A DNA stretch of 32,020 nt from Octopus bimaculoides (Eukaryota), in NCBI RefSeq assembly GCF_001194135.2, contig NC_068985.1, positions 115,963,484-115,995,503 of the forward strand, in the 5' to 3' direction. This document shows, one piece after another, positions 8,674-20,382 of this stretch. The notes under the pieces were generated by a model. It did not search any database, was not told the DNA's origin, and saw only the letters and a program-made list of their open reading frames with translations. The position numbers were made by a program, and so were the translations under genes. Each line of letters starts with the position of its first letter. Position 1 is the first letter of the stretch.

Positions 8674-8869
8674 TGCATATATAAAGAGGATTTGTATAGA
8701 TATGAATGGATGCATATGTAATTAATATGAGATTAATATTTTATTCACAGGATTGCAGTTCTCGTAAAGAGGTATTGCAGTCCATATGTTTATATTTTCA
8801 CGCACTCGTTGCTGTGGAGGTGCATCTAAACCCGCACATAGAACTATATACGCATATATATACACACAC

Positions 8870-9020
8870 AGACGATGGGCTTTCACACAGTTTCCGTCGC
8901 AAACGAGTTTATTTCTACAGCTTTCGTAGGTCTGGGTCTGTAGTAGAATACACTTACCCAATGTACCGGGTAATGAGATTTAACTCGAAGTTAGGTAGTT
9001 CTGCAAATCGAATGCTTCTT
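8870..9020 (-). mobile_element. SINE family B, 5' half only, diverged
   Basis: The minus strand reads CATTGGGTAAGTGTATTCTACTAC..GACGGAAACTGTGTGAAAGCCCATCGTC and then runs into a TG/TA repeat, as in the 5781 copy. Confidence 0.7.
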
Positions 9021-9408
9021 TTTTTTTTTATTTCCTCCAACATTCACGTATGGCGGAAGCGTAATATTTGATCTTATATCTCCTAAATTATGCTTGACGC
9101 GTGGTGAAACTGGAAGAAGACTAATAGCACTATCAACATAACCACTACAAGCATTTCTATCATCGGCGTCGTCATCGTCATCGTAGTGGTCGTACACGTC
9201 GCCGTCTTCGTTGTCCTTTTTGTCGATATTTTTTATCGTTTTGATATTTTTCATATATTTTTCCACAGTTGTCTGTTTTCCCGTTTCCTACCCACTCACA
9301 CCTTTGTATCAAATTCTTCGTGTGTGTATCTTTATGTTCAAGTCTATTTCTCTCATTCTTTCTCTACCTGCTTCTCTGCCTCTGTCTCTCTCTTTCTTTT
9401 TATCAGCA

Positions 9409-9930
9409 TATATATATATATATATATANNNNNNNNNNNNNNNNNNNNNNNNNNNNNNNNNNNNNNNNNNNNNNNNNNNNNNNNNNNNNNNNNNNNNNNN
9501 NNNNNNNNNNNNNNNNNNNNNNNNNNNNNNNNNNNNNNNNNNNNNNNNNNNNNNNNNNNNNNNNNNNNNNNNNNNNNNNNNNNNNNNNNNNNNNNNNNNN
9601 NNNNNNNNNNNNNNNNNNNNNNNNNNNNNNNNNNNNNNNNNNNNNNNNNNNNNNNNNNNNNNNNNNNNNNNNNNNNNNNNNNNNNNNNNNNNTGTGTGTG
9701 TGTATATATTTATACATACATATGTATACATACACACACACATACGCATATGTATACATATATATATATATATGTATATCTTATATATATATATGTGTGT
9801 GTGTGTATATATTTATACATACATATGTATACATACACACACACATACGCATATGTATACATATATATATATATATGTATACATATGTATTTGCGTATAC
9901 ATATATACACACTCACACACATACATACAT
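9409..9930. repeat. Compound TA/CA/TG microsatellite around gap 9429-9692, with a ~103-bp tandem duplication
   Basis: Segment 9693-9777 is repeated at 9796-9880. Confidence 0.85.
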
Positions 9931-10199
9931 CTTTGTACCACCTTCTTCCCACGCAGACGTATCTACAGCTAAACCCCGCTGAAATCATGTTACACCGAAA
10001 TTGTAACTAAATACAAGAGAAATACAAGACATTACGTGCTTAGCGAAACGCCAATGGGCCCAGGCGGAGCAGCACTTAAATAAGCACAGTAGCCATTAAC
10101 AACAATTCATTCTGCTAAGATCCTCTCCACTCTCACTTTTACCACCCATTTGATTGATCAATGGCATTAGCGGACTAAACGTTATAAGAAGGCGGAACA

Positions 10200-10470
10200 T
10201 TACCAGCACCTGTACCAGTACCGTCACCGCTACTACATCTATCACCACCGCTGCCGCCAGTCCGACCATCGCTACCACCACTACCACCACAACCACCACC
10301 ACCACTACCACTATCGCCATCATCGCCGCCGCTGCCGCCGCCACCGCCTCCGCCACCATCACCACCACCACCANNNNNNNNNNNNNNNNNNNNNCAACAA
10401 CAACAACAACAACACCACCACCAACACCACCACTACTACTGCTACCATCACCGCCACTACTGCCGCCAAG
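10200..10470. repeat. (ACC)n/(GCC)n/(AAC)n trinucleotide low-complexity tract
   Basis: Directly visible; poly-T/A/P translations. Confidence 0.9.
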
Positions 10471-10521
10471 ACACCTTATAGACTAATAGAAATAATGATG
10501 ATAATAATGATCCCTTCCTAA

Positions 10522-10758
10522 GGCGGCGAGCTGGCAGAAACGTTAGCACGCCGGGCGAAATGCTGAGCGGTATTTCGTCTGCCGTTACGTTCTGAGTTCA
10601 AATTCCGCCGAGGTCGACTTTGCCTTTCATCCTTTCGGGGTCGATTAAATAAGTACCAGTTACGCACTGGGGTCGATGTAATCGACTTAATCAGTTTGTC
10701 TGTCCTTGTTTGTCCCCTCTGTGTGTAACCCCCTGTGGGCAGTAAATAGATAAGAAAT
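10522..10758 (+). mobile_element. tRNA-type SINE family A, young full-length copy (tail i)
   Basis: GGCGGCGAGCTGGCAGAAACG (A-box-like), GAGTTCAAATTCC (B box), GAGGTCGACTTTGCCTTTCATCCTTTCGGGGTCGAT, tail TTTGTCTGTCCTTGTTTGTCCCC..TGTGGGCAGTAAA. Near-identical to the 29403 and 23027 copies. Confidence 0.95.
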
Positions 10759-11218
10759 AGTAATAATGATAATTATAATAATAACGATGATTTAATTGAT
10801 CTGCCTCTAGGCCTAGGATGGTGGGGGAAACAATATAAGGATAAATAGAAATGAAATGATAGCAAATAAATGAAATGATAGCAAAAGAAAAAGATAAGTA
10901 TACACAGTAAACAATGGACAGGAAGCGACATGTATATAGTATACAAAGATATAAAAAAAAAGAGCAAAAAGAAAATGGAGGGAGGATAACAGAGATGTAT
11001 TCCTCCTGATACAGGATGACCATTAGGAATAATCGAGGAACCCCAGTTACGGAGATTTCCCTAAACACCAAGAGTAAGTGTCCTCTCCAATTCCTTCTCC
11101 CTGATTCACAGGTCTACACTTAGAGAGCTACCATTCCTTTTTGCCATTTGCACAACTTTCACCTGCCTTTCAATAAATTCACTCGAAGACAGCACTTCCC
11201 TCTCCACTCTCAATTTCG

Positions 11219-11425
11219 TTCTTTCTGCTATAGGTACAAAGCCTGGAATTTGGTGGGGAGAAGACTAACGTCGACCCCAATGTTTCACTGGTACTTATTT
11301 TATCGACTCCGAAAGGTTAAAGGCCGAAGTCGACCTCAGCGGAATTTTATCTCAGAACGTTGCGGCAGATAAAATACTGCTAAGCATTTCAACCGGTGGG
11401 CTAATTATTCTGCCATCTCGCCGCC
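11219..11425 (-). mobile_element. SINE family A (tail ii)
   Basis: CGAAAGG..AAGTCGACCTCAGCGGAA..CTCAGAACG..TAAGCATTTC..TCTCGCCGCC. Confidence 0.9.
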
Positions 11426-11477
<52 letters not shown>

Positions 11478-11494
11478 AACCGCATTAGCATGAA

Positions 11495-11711
11495 GCACAA
11501 GGCCTCAAATTAATCCCTTCATCAAATTCATGGGAAGGGATTAATTCGATTACATCGACAACAGTGCGTAAATAGTTCTCAATATATCGATTCCGAAAGG
11601 ATGAGAGGCAAAGTCAACCCCGGCAGCATTTGAACTCAGAACACGAAGACAGACGAAATGCCGCCAAGCATTTCGCCCGGCATGCTAACGATTCTGCCAG
11701 CTCACTGCCTT
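11495..11711 (-). mobile_element. SINE family A
   Basis: CGAAAGGATGAGAGGCAAAGTCAACC..TTTGAACTCAGAAC..GCATTTCGCCCGGCATGCTAACG. Confidence 0.9.
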
Positions 11712-11713
<2 letters not shown>

Positions 11714-11772
<59 letters not shown>

Positions 11773-12414
11773 CAACAACAACAATAATAGTTNNNNNNNN
11801 NNNNNNNNNNNNNNNNNNNNNNNNNNNNNNNNNNNNNNNNNNNNNNNNNNNNNNNNNNNNNNNNNNNNNNNNNNNNNNNNNNNNNNNNNNNNNNNNNNNN
11901 NNNNNNNNNNNNNNNNNNNNNNNNNNNNNNNNNNNNNNNNNNNNNNNNNNNNNNNNNNNNNNNNNNNNNNNNNNNNNNNNNNNNNNNNNNNNNNNNNNNN
12001 NNNNNNNNNNNNNNNNNNNNNNNNNNNNNNNNNNNNNNNNNNNNNNNNNNNNNNNNNNNNNNNNNNNNNNNNNNNNNNNNNNNNNNNNNNNNNNNNNNNN
12101 NNNNNNNNNNNNNNNNNNNNNNNNNNNNNNNNNNNNNNNNNNNNNNNNNNNNNNNNNNNNNNNNNNNNNNNNNNNNNNNNNNNNNNNNNNNNNNNNNNNN
12201 NNNNNNNNNNNNNNNNNNNNNNNNNNNNNNNNNNNNNNNNNNNNNNNNNNNNNNNNNNNNNNNNNNNNNNNNNNNNNNNNNNNNNNNNNNNNNNNNNNNN
12301 NNNNNNNNNNNNNNNNNNNNNNNNNNNNNNNNNNNNNNNNNNNNNNNNNNNNNNNNNNNNNNNNNNNNNNNNNNNNNNNNNNNNNNNNNNNNNNNNNNNN
12401 NNNNNNNNNNNAAC

Positions 12415-12497
<83 letters not shown>

Positions 12498-12517
12498 CAA
12501 CAACAACAATAATAGTT
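11714..12517. repeat. (AAT)n(AAC)n microsatellite on both sides of gap 11793-12411
   Basis: Both flanks end in AACAACAACAACAATAATAGTT. Confidence 0.9.
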
Positions 12518-12524
12518 TCATTTT

Positions 12525-12721
12525 TTTTTCATAGATTTTGGGGAAGGGGATAAAGTCGAGTACATTGATTCCAATGTTTTACTGGTATTTAATTTATCGA
12601 CCCCGTAAGAATGAAAGAGAAAGTTGACCTAGGCTGAATTTGAACTCAGAACGTGAAGATGAACGAAATACCGTTAAGCTTTTCGCCCGGCGTCCTAACT
12701 ATTTTGCCTGCTCACCACCTT
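12525..12721 (-). mobile_element. SINE family A, diverged
   Basis: TTTATCGACCCCG..AAAGTTGACCT..TTTGAACTCAGAACG..TTTCGCCCGGCG. Confidence 0.85.
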
Positions 12722-12739
12722 AATAATAATATTAATAAT

Positions 12740-12819
<80 letters not shown>

Positions 12820-13680
12820 CAACAACAACAACAACAACAACAATAATAATAATTATAATAATAATGATAATAATAATAATGTTAATAATAATACAACCGC
12901 ATCAGCATGAGCACGAACAATAATAACAATAACACCGACATCTTCTTTTGGACTATCACCACCAATGACAAAATAAAGCACAGCCACAGCGCTACCAAGA
13001 AGCCACAAAGACCGTCATGATTATCATATAATACACAGTACCATTACTGGCAACCGTAACAATAACAATAGTCCTCGCAGCAGCTATGATAACAACAACA
13101 TTGGCCTGAATACAACGACAAAAATAACCCAAAACATAGCATATAACAAGAAAAGGAACATCAACACCATCACCAAAGCAACAGCCGAGAAACAAACATG
13201 GCCGACAGATATTGAATTACAGAGAAGAGAAAAAAGAAAGTCAGTGAAAATGCAGAGAGGAAAGAAGAAAAAAAATGATGCATCTTTGGAGAAGAGATGG
13301 TTACATGGTTTGAATGTTTTAAATAGCAGGAGGAAAGTGCTAGGGATGGAGAAGGTTGGAGATTGGAATAAGAAGAGGTTGGAATCTATAGAGGTAAGGA
13401 AGATGTCGTTGATGACGACTGCAACGGCGGCGTTGGTGATGATGACGATGATGATGACGATGACGATAATGAAGTTCTTGTTTTTGTTCATGCTGCTGTT
13501 GTTGTTGTTGTTGATGCTGCTGCTGCTGATGATGATGGTGATGACGATGATGATGGTGACGAGGAGGTGTATAATGGTGGTTGTTGCTGTGTTGATGAGG
13601 AGGAGAATGAAAATGCAGACAATAATGAATGTGGGGACATATTGATATCAAAAGATATTGATGATGATGGTTAAGATAGC

Positions 13681-13713
<33 letters not shown>

Positions 13714-14030
13714 AATGGTCTAAGTGGTAATGTTGTAGGTGATGATGGTGATGATGGTGATGATGATAATGAGGATGATGATGAGGAGGAGGAGGAAGAG
13801 GAGGAGGAGGATGGCGCTGATGTTGACAACGATGGTTGATGACGATCGTGACGATGAGGACAATGGCGCCAACGATGTTGATGATGATGTAAATGAACGT
13901 TAAATAATGATGATAATGATGATGATGATAATGATGATGATGATGATGATGATGGTGATGTCTACGACGACTTTGCTATAGGCCGATGACATGTTTATCA
14001 ATTCCATTTTCTTGTTGCTGTTGTTGTTGC
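12722..14030. repeat. Extended trinucleotide low-complexity domain: (AAT)n, degenerate (AAC)n, (GAT)n, (GTT)n, (GAG)n
   Basis: Directly visible; it explains ORFs 12653, 13244 and 13340. Confidence 0.85.
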
Positions 14031-14975
14031 CGTCTTTTAGCGTTGCATGGGTGCAGTCAGATATTTGTGCAATGTGCACCTGCAAGTCCCTATCACTTCA
14101 TCAATTACTCTTTAGTTGTTACATCTTATTTATTTATTTTTTTTTTTCCTTTTCATCCTGACCAATCCTTTTTGTTGTTCATGCCGCTGTTGTGGTTTTT
14201 GTTGCTTAGCACCCAATCAGTTTCAGCAGTTTATCAAACAGACCAATGTTCAAAAATGTTTATTCCAGACATGCCAATCTCGTCTTTCCTCTTTGCACAA
14301 GGAACTCTAGAATACATTATCCGATGCAATCTCTTTTTCAAAACAGTAGAATACGATTTAGTTTAAGGGATACTTAACTACTATCTCCATCAGATCGAGT
14401 GGCCACTTAGGGTATCCTACGTTGGCTCACAGTTGATTATCGCTATGTTTATTGACAACGCTGGGACTTTTGCTATTGTCTTTGTCATGTTGATGTATTG
14501 TCTGTTGGTGATGTTCTGTTGTTAGGTGCTGCCATGTCTTTTAGCATTGTCATGTCTTTAGGAATTGTTGTCTGTTGGTGTTGCTAATATGCCATTATTG
14601 TTATGATTCTCTTTTATTGTTGTAGCTCACGTAGTCGTAAATACTGCCAAAAACTTTTTCCTGGCTTTACTTTACCTAAGGCAGAAAAATCTTTACGGTT
14701 TCCGTGCCGTTGCATTATTAGAATGAATATTTTTCTTTTCATTTAACTTAGCATCTGTCCTAAATATTCTTGCTTTTTTTCTCCGTTAATTCAGCATGTG
14801 TCCTAGATTTGCTTTCTGTCTGGAATTTGTCAAGATTATTTCCAGATTTAGAAATATGATCAGTGCATTAAAATATATTGTATCACTTATGCTCGGTCAT
14901 TTTCCTATGCAGTGGAATATGTCGCGACTGCATTCATATTATATCGCCCCGAGACATCGAACCAAAGATAGTACT

Positions 14976-15348
14976 GGGATGGTTGTGTGGTTAAAAAGTT
15001 CAAGTACAACCGAATGGTTTCGGGTTCATATTCAAAGCACAGGTTGGACGGGTGTTTTTACTACTGCCCCAGGCAAACTAATGACTTGTCTGTGATTTCG
15101 GTATTCGGAAACTGTGGAAATACGTCACAGATATATGTGTGTTTGTCTTTTTTATTTTTGACTGTCTTCTCCACCACTTGACAGTCAGTTTTGCTTTGTT
15201 TACATCACCGTAAAGTAGCGGAACGATAAAATAGTTGCCACGCTTTAAAATAAATAGTGCTTCGTTTTTTTTTTTTTTCGACTAAATACTTAAAGGCCGG
15301 ACTCTAGCATGAATGTCATCGGATGACTGGACTAAGTAAAAGAAAAGA
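14976..15348 (+). mobile_element. SINE family B, old diverged copy
   Basis: GGTTGTGTGGTTAA head, TTCGGGTTCA, CGGAAACTGTGGAAA, a short internal TA/TG tract, CACTTGACA..CCGTAAAGTAGCGG, and the CTCTAGCATG..AAGTAAAAGA end. Confidence 0.65.
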
Positions 15349-15520
15349 GAATGGCACACTCGAGATGCGAAATAGCAAATGAATTTCACTCAAATTCTAC
15401 ATTCCACTAATCGTCTTAGCAGAACACCCACTATTGGTCATAGTCTTGCCGGATTAGAGTTCACCTCTAGGTATTATGCCACAGGATAAACAAAAGCAGT
15501 TGAAATCACAGCAACCAATT

Positions 15521-15739
15521 TATTCTTTCCCACACTAGGCAGAAAGCCCGAAATTTTTGGGGAAGGGGGGATAGTCGATTAGATCGACCCAGTACGCAAG
15601 TGGTACTTAATTTATCGACTCCGAAAGGATGAAAGGCAAAGTCGACCTCGGCGGAATTTGAACTCAGAACGTAGCGACAGACGAAATACCTCTAAGCATT
15701 TCACCCGGCGTGCTAACGTTTCTGCAAGCTCACCGCCTT
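15521..15739 (-). mobile_element. SINE family A (tail ii) with a probable decayed target-site duplication
   Basis: Full head-to-tail match. Flanks are GCAACCAATTTATT (15511-15524) and GCAGCCAATATATT (15742-15755), 12/14 identical. Confidence 0.92.
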
Positions 15740-16149
15740 TTGCAGCCAATATATTATTAACTCCCTTCCTGCAACGATGACCAACAAAAGCCAGACTTGA
15801 AATCAACTCCGGAATGCTCATTCTAAAATGATGTGACAGAAAATCTGAGTTTCTCCTGTATTTTCCAATATTGTTCCGCTGCTGTCTTGTGATGACTCAA
15901 ATTTTATTAAAAAATAACAACAAATTCTGAAGTCTTATTTCAAGGAATTCTTTACTATCTTTCATATATTCCTGGTGGTTCACATAAATGCGTGATCCTT
16001 TTTGTTCCTTTGCTTTTTCTTCGTGGTGCTGCTATTCTCATGATTTTTGAATTTCTTGTTATAGTTGGTTCTGCTTGTTTGCTGTGCTGTTCCTAATGAT
16101 CTTTATTTATTTATTTTTTTTTTTGCTCAGAAGTGTAAATGCAATTAAC

Positions 16150-16285
16150 CAAGTATAAAGTGTGCTGTTCCCGCGAAACTTAGATCGTAGTTTCGATTTC
16201 CGGATGATTTTATTCGCACTTCTGGCAAAATATTTAATGTCACATCGCCTCAGTTCACTCAGCTGTAAACGAGAAACCCTGCTAC
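16150..16285 (+). mobile_element. Old CORE-like SINE fragment (related to family C)
   Basis: GTTTCGATTTCC (B-box-like) followed by GGCAAAATATTTAATGTCACATCGCCTCAGTTCACTCAGCTGTAAACGAG, similar to the family C centre. Confidence 0.45.
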
Positions 16286-17223
16286 CGACTAACGTACCAT
16301 ATGAAGGGAATGTTGTCATCTGAGTCAATTATGCACCATAAAAATGGATTACCGACCCTATGTAGTCTGCGATCTTCACTGATCTCTTCAAGCTGGTCCG
16401 ACCGATGGCATTAATATTTGGTATAAGAATAGTGTAAATCATTCAGTGTAATTGTGGTCGGGAAGGAGATAGTTCAAGAAGGGTGCCACGCTTACGTGGA
16501 AGAACTTATAATATATATGTATATATATATANNNNNNNNNNNNNNNNNNNNNNNNNNNNNNNNNNNNNNNNNNNNNNNNNNNNNNNNNNNNNNNNNNNNN
16601 NNNNNNNNNNNNNNNNNNNNNNNNNNNNNNNNNNNNNNNNNNNNNNNNNNNNNNNNNNNNNNNNNNNNNNNNNNNNNNNNNNNNNNNNNNNNNNNNNNNN
16701 NNNNNNNNNNNNNNNNNNNNNNNNNNNNNNNNNNNNNNNNNNNNNNNNNNNNNNNNNNNNNNNNNNNNNNNNNNNNNNNNNNNNNNNNNNNNNNNNNNNN
16801 NNNNNNNNNNNNNNNNNNNNNNNNNNNNNNNNNNNNNNNNNNNNNNNNNNNNNNNNNNNNNNNNNNNNNNNNNNNNNNNNNNNNNNNNNNNNNNNNNNNN
16901 NNNNNNNNNNNNNNNNNNNNNNNNNNNNNNNNNNNNNNNNNNNNNNNNNNNNNNNNNNNNNNNNNNNNNNNNNNNNNNNNNNNNNNNNNNNNNNNNNNNN
17001 NNNNNNNNNNNNNNNNNNNNNNNNNNNNNNNNNNNNNNNNNNNNNNNNNNNNNNNNNNNNNNNNNNNNNNNNNNNNNNNNNNCCTGCAACCTATTTGCTG
17101 TTAAACTTGACCGATTCTTTAATTTTACTCTCAGTTCTCATATTACTGCCACAGGCGGTTTTTCAACTTTTTTAATTGTCCCCTCATAGAACCACATGAA
17201 AAGTAGAATTGCAGCAAGATACG

Positions 17224-17439
17224 TTTTCTTTTCTACTTAGGCACAAGGCCCAGAATTTTGGGTGAGGGGACCAGTCGATTAGATCGACCCCAGTACGCAA
17301 CTGATACTAAATTTATCGACCCCGAAAGGATGAAATGGAAAGTCGACCTCGGCGGAGTTTGAACTCAGAACGTAAAGACATACGACATACCGCTAAGCAT
17401 TTCGTCCGGCGTGCTAACGTTTCTGCCAGCTCGCCGCCT
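17224..17439 (-). mobile_element. SINE family A (tail ii)
   Basis: Full match; possible 8-bp TSD CAGCAAGA at 17212-17219 and 17450-17457. Confidence 0.93.
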
Positions 17440-18399
17440 AACAGCCTAACAGCAAGAAGCGTATTGCCAGGCGATGCTTTTTAAGATAAAACTTCAGTAA
17501 TCGCTATACTTTCGCGCAACCTCAGATGCTTGTACTAGAGAGTGAGTATCCCAGAGTACAGAAACAGGTGTCTAAACAGAAATGGAAAAAAGTTTCATGA
17601 AGAAAATTGCAGCAAAGCTGCGTGATAGAAGTGCAAGTAGTGGCATGCAGACCATCATATAACTTTTATCTTCTTCTCTGTCGTTTTATTTTGGCATGCG
17701 CATTGCGTTTATATTCTTTTCTTCCGTTTTGCGAATTCAGCGTCCACAAGCGCATTGCTTGTTCATTCTTTTTTACCGGTTCCTACTCAGAACTGTTGAA
17801 AAATTCTAACCGTCTCACATACTGCATTCGACAGGAGCGCTTTGCGCTCCGATGATTCTGAGGAAAGACAAAAGACTAGAAATAGGGCGAAACAAAAGGC
17901 TGGCGCGTGAAGAAAAAGAAACAGCTTCCATAATGAAACTAATACAAACAATTAAATGTTTGTATTAGGAGACACGCATTCAACTACAGGCAGACACAGG
18001 CAAAATGGAAATCAACAACAATAAAGATTTAATAAGATAAGAATTTATAAAAATAGAATTCAGAAAAATTTCAAAAAACATAAATAAATACCTTCCAATA
18101 GAAAGGCAATCCAAGTAATATAGCTCAGGAAAACAAAAACAAAACAAAACAAAACAAGGCAAAAACTGACGGCACAAGGCTTGGATCACTATGCACACTT
18201 CACCGTGTACAATGCCTCGTTTCCCAGTTACACAGAATAGCTCCAGTCAAACTCATCATTTTTGCCACTTCAGTCTGTCTTGCCATGAAAGCATTAGAAC
18301 ACTGCTACAGCTCCCTCTCTACCTTTATCTGTTAAAAATCCGAACCACAAAATTAAAAATAAAAGAACTCTCTGAAAAGAACGAAGCAATATCTATCAA

Positions 18400-18409
18400 T
18401 ACACACACA

Positions 18410-18449
<40 letters not shown>

Positions 18450-18938
18450 NNNNNNNNNNNNNNNNNNNNNNNNNNNNNNNNNNNNNNNNNNNNNNNNNNN
18501 NNNNNNNNNNNNNNNNNNNNNNNNNNNNNNNNNNNNNNNNNNNNNNNNNNNNNNNNNNNNNNNNNNNNNNNNNNNNNNNNNNNNNNNNNNNNNNNNNNNN
18601 NNNNNNNNNNNNNNNNNNNNNNNNNNNNNNNNNNNNNNNNNNNNNNNNNNNNNNNNNNNNNNNNNNNNNNNNNNNNNNNNNNNNNNNNNNNNNNNNNNNN
18701 NNNNNNNNNNNNNNNNNNNNNNNNNNNNNNNNNNNNNNNNNNNNNNNNNNNNNNNNNNNNNNNNNNNNNNNNNNNNNNNNNNNNNNNNNNNNNNNNNNNN
18801 NNNNNNNNNNNNNNNNNNNNNNNNNNNNNNNNNNNNNNNNNNNNNNNNNNNNNNNNNNNNNNNNNNNNNNNNNNNNNNNNNNNNNNNNNNNNNNNNNNNN
18901 NNNNNNNNNNNNNNNNNNNNNNNNNNNNNNNNNNNNNN

Positions 18939-19015
<77 letters not shown>

Positions 19016-19180
19016 CACATTCAGACATTTATACATATATATATATATATATAAATAGATAAATATTTACACATATATATACGTCTTCATATATATGTAC
19101 ACATACATTCGTATATATATGTGTCTGTATGTGTGTGTGTGTGTGTGTGTGTACATACATACATACATACATACATACAT
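18400..19180. repeat. (TA)n/(CA)n/(TG)n/(TACA)n microsatellites around gap 18450-18938
   Basis: Directly visible. Confidence 0.9.
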
Positions 19181-19499
19181 ACAATTTGCTGTTATTTTCT
19201 TTCCTCCTTTTTACCTTCGTAATTACACAAATTGTTTCTTACCATTGTTTTTTCTCGTTTTCCCATCTCATATTTACAAACATACACTTACCCACCCCCA
19301 AACTCACATACAAAGTCGCACGTATCAATATATAACCACCTCTTGGCCTGTCCCTCATTCACTTTCGAAATCTCTGTTTCGACTCCTTCAATTACGTCTA
19401 TTTAGCGTCTAATTCTCTTTCATTTATTCATTTACTTATACCCGCTTTCATCTTTTCATCCCTTCGTTCCATACGATCACAGCAACGTCCTCTATGCTC

Positions 19500-19524
19500 G
19501 AGTGTATGTGTGTGCATAGGTATG

Positions 19525-19563
<39 letters not shown>

Positions 19564-19744
19564 NNNNNNNNNNNNNNNNNNNNNNNNNNNNNNNNNNNNN
19601 NNNNNNNNNNNNNNNNNNNNNNNNNNNNNNNNNNNNNNNNNNNNNNNNNNNNNNNNNNNNNNNNNNNNNNNNNNNNNNNNNNNNNNNNNNNNNNNNNNNN
19701 NNNNNNNNNNNNNNNNNNNNNNNNNNNNNNNNNNNNNNNNNNNN

Positions 19745-19816
<72 letters not shown>

Positions 19817-19985
19817 CATATATATGCACTTATATGCGCATACATAAATACGCTTATATGTAGAAATGTATGTATATATGTATATATGCATACATATACA
19901 CAAACACAAAAATACTCATACACAGAAACACACATACATACACACACACACACACACAGAGATACACACAGAAACACAATCTATC
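19500..19985. repeat. (TA)n/(TG)n/(CA)n microsatellites around gap 19564-19743
   Basis: Directly visible. Confidence 0.9.
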
Positions 19986-20271
19986 ACACGCAAACATATG
20001 TTTGCTCCCTTTTAATTTAAGCGTCTGTTTACCAACAAACTACTCTACTTCCTGTCTTTCTCTCTTTGTCCCACGCTCTTCTCTGTCTCTCTTTATTCAC
20101 CCTCTCTCCCTCTCTGTTTCACTCTCTCACTTATTTTATAGTCATTCCATTCATGCTTCAATATTTTCTGTGCAGAGAGACTAAGAGAATACGTCCCACT
20201 ACAACAATTCTACTAACGAAACCCAAAGCTTTAATGACATCACATGCAGGGAAAGAAATACAAGTAGAAAG

Positions 20272-20313
20272 ACACACACACACACACACACAATTACACA
20301 CACGCACACACAA

Positions 20314-20372
<59 letters not shown>

Positions 20373-20382
20373 AGCAAACACA
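20272..20382. repeat. (CA)n microsatellite
   Basis: Directly visible. Confidence 0.9.

Noticed and set aside
11219-12914. CRISPR-like array (repeat-spacer alternation)
   Set aside because: The repeats are ~200-bp diverged SINEs and the spacers are microsatellites. The context is eukaryotic, with no cas genes.
13244-13645. 133-aa ORF MKMQRGKKKK...
   Set aside because: It is built from GA-rich and (GAT)/(GTT) low-complexity sequence and has no recognisable motif.
17834-17880. Helitron 3' end (hairpin plus CTAG)
   Set aside because: The CTAG is about 25 nt from the hairpin, further than is typical, and I found no TC 5' end or second copy in the window.
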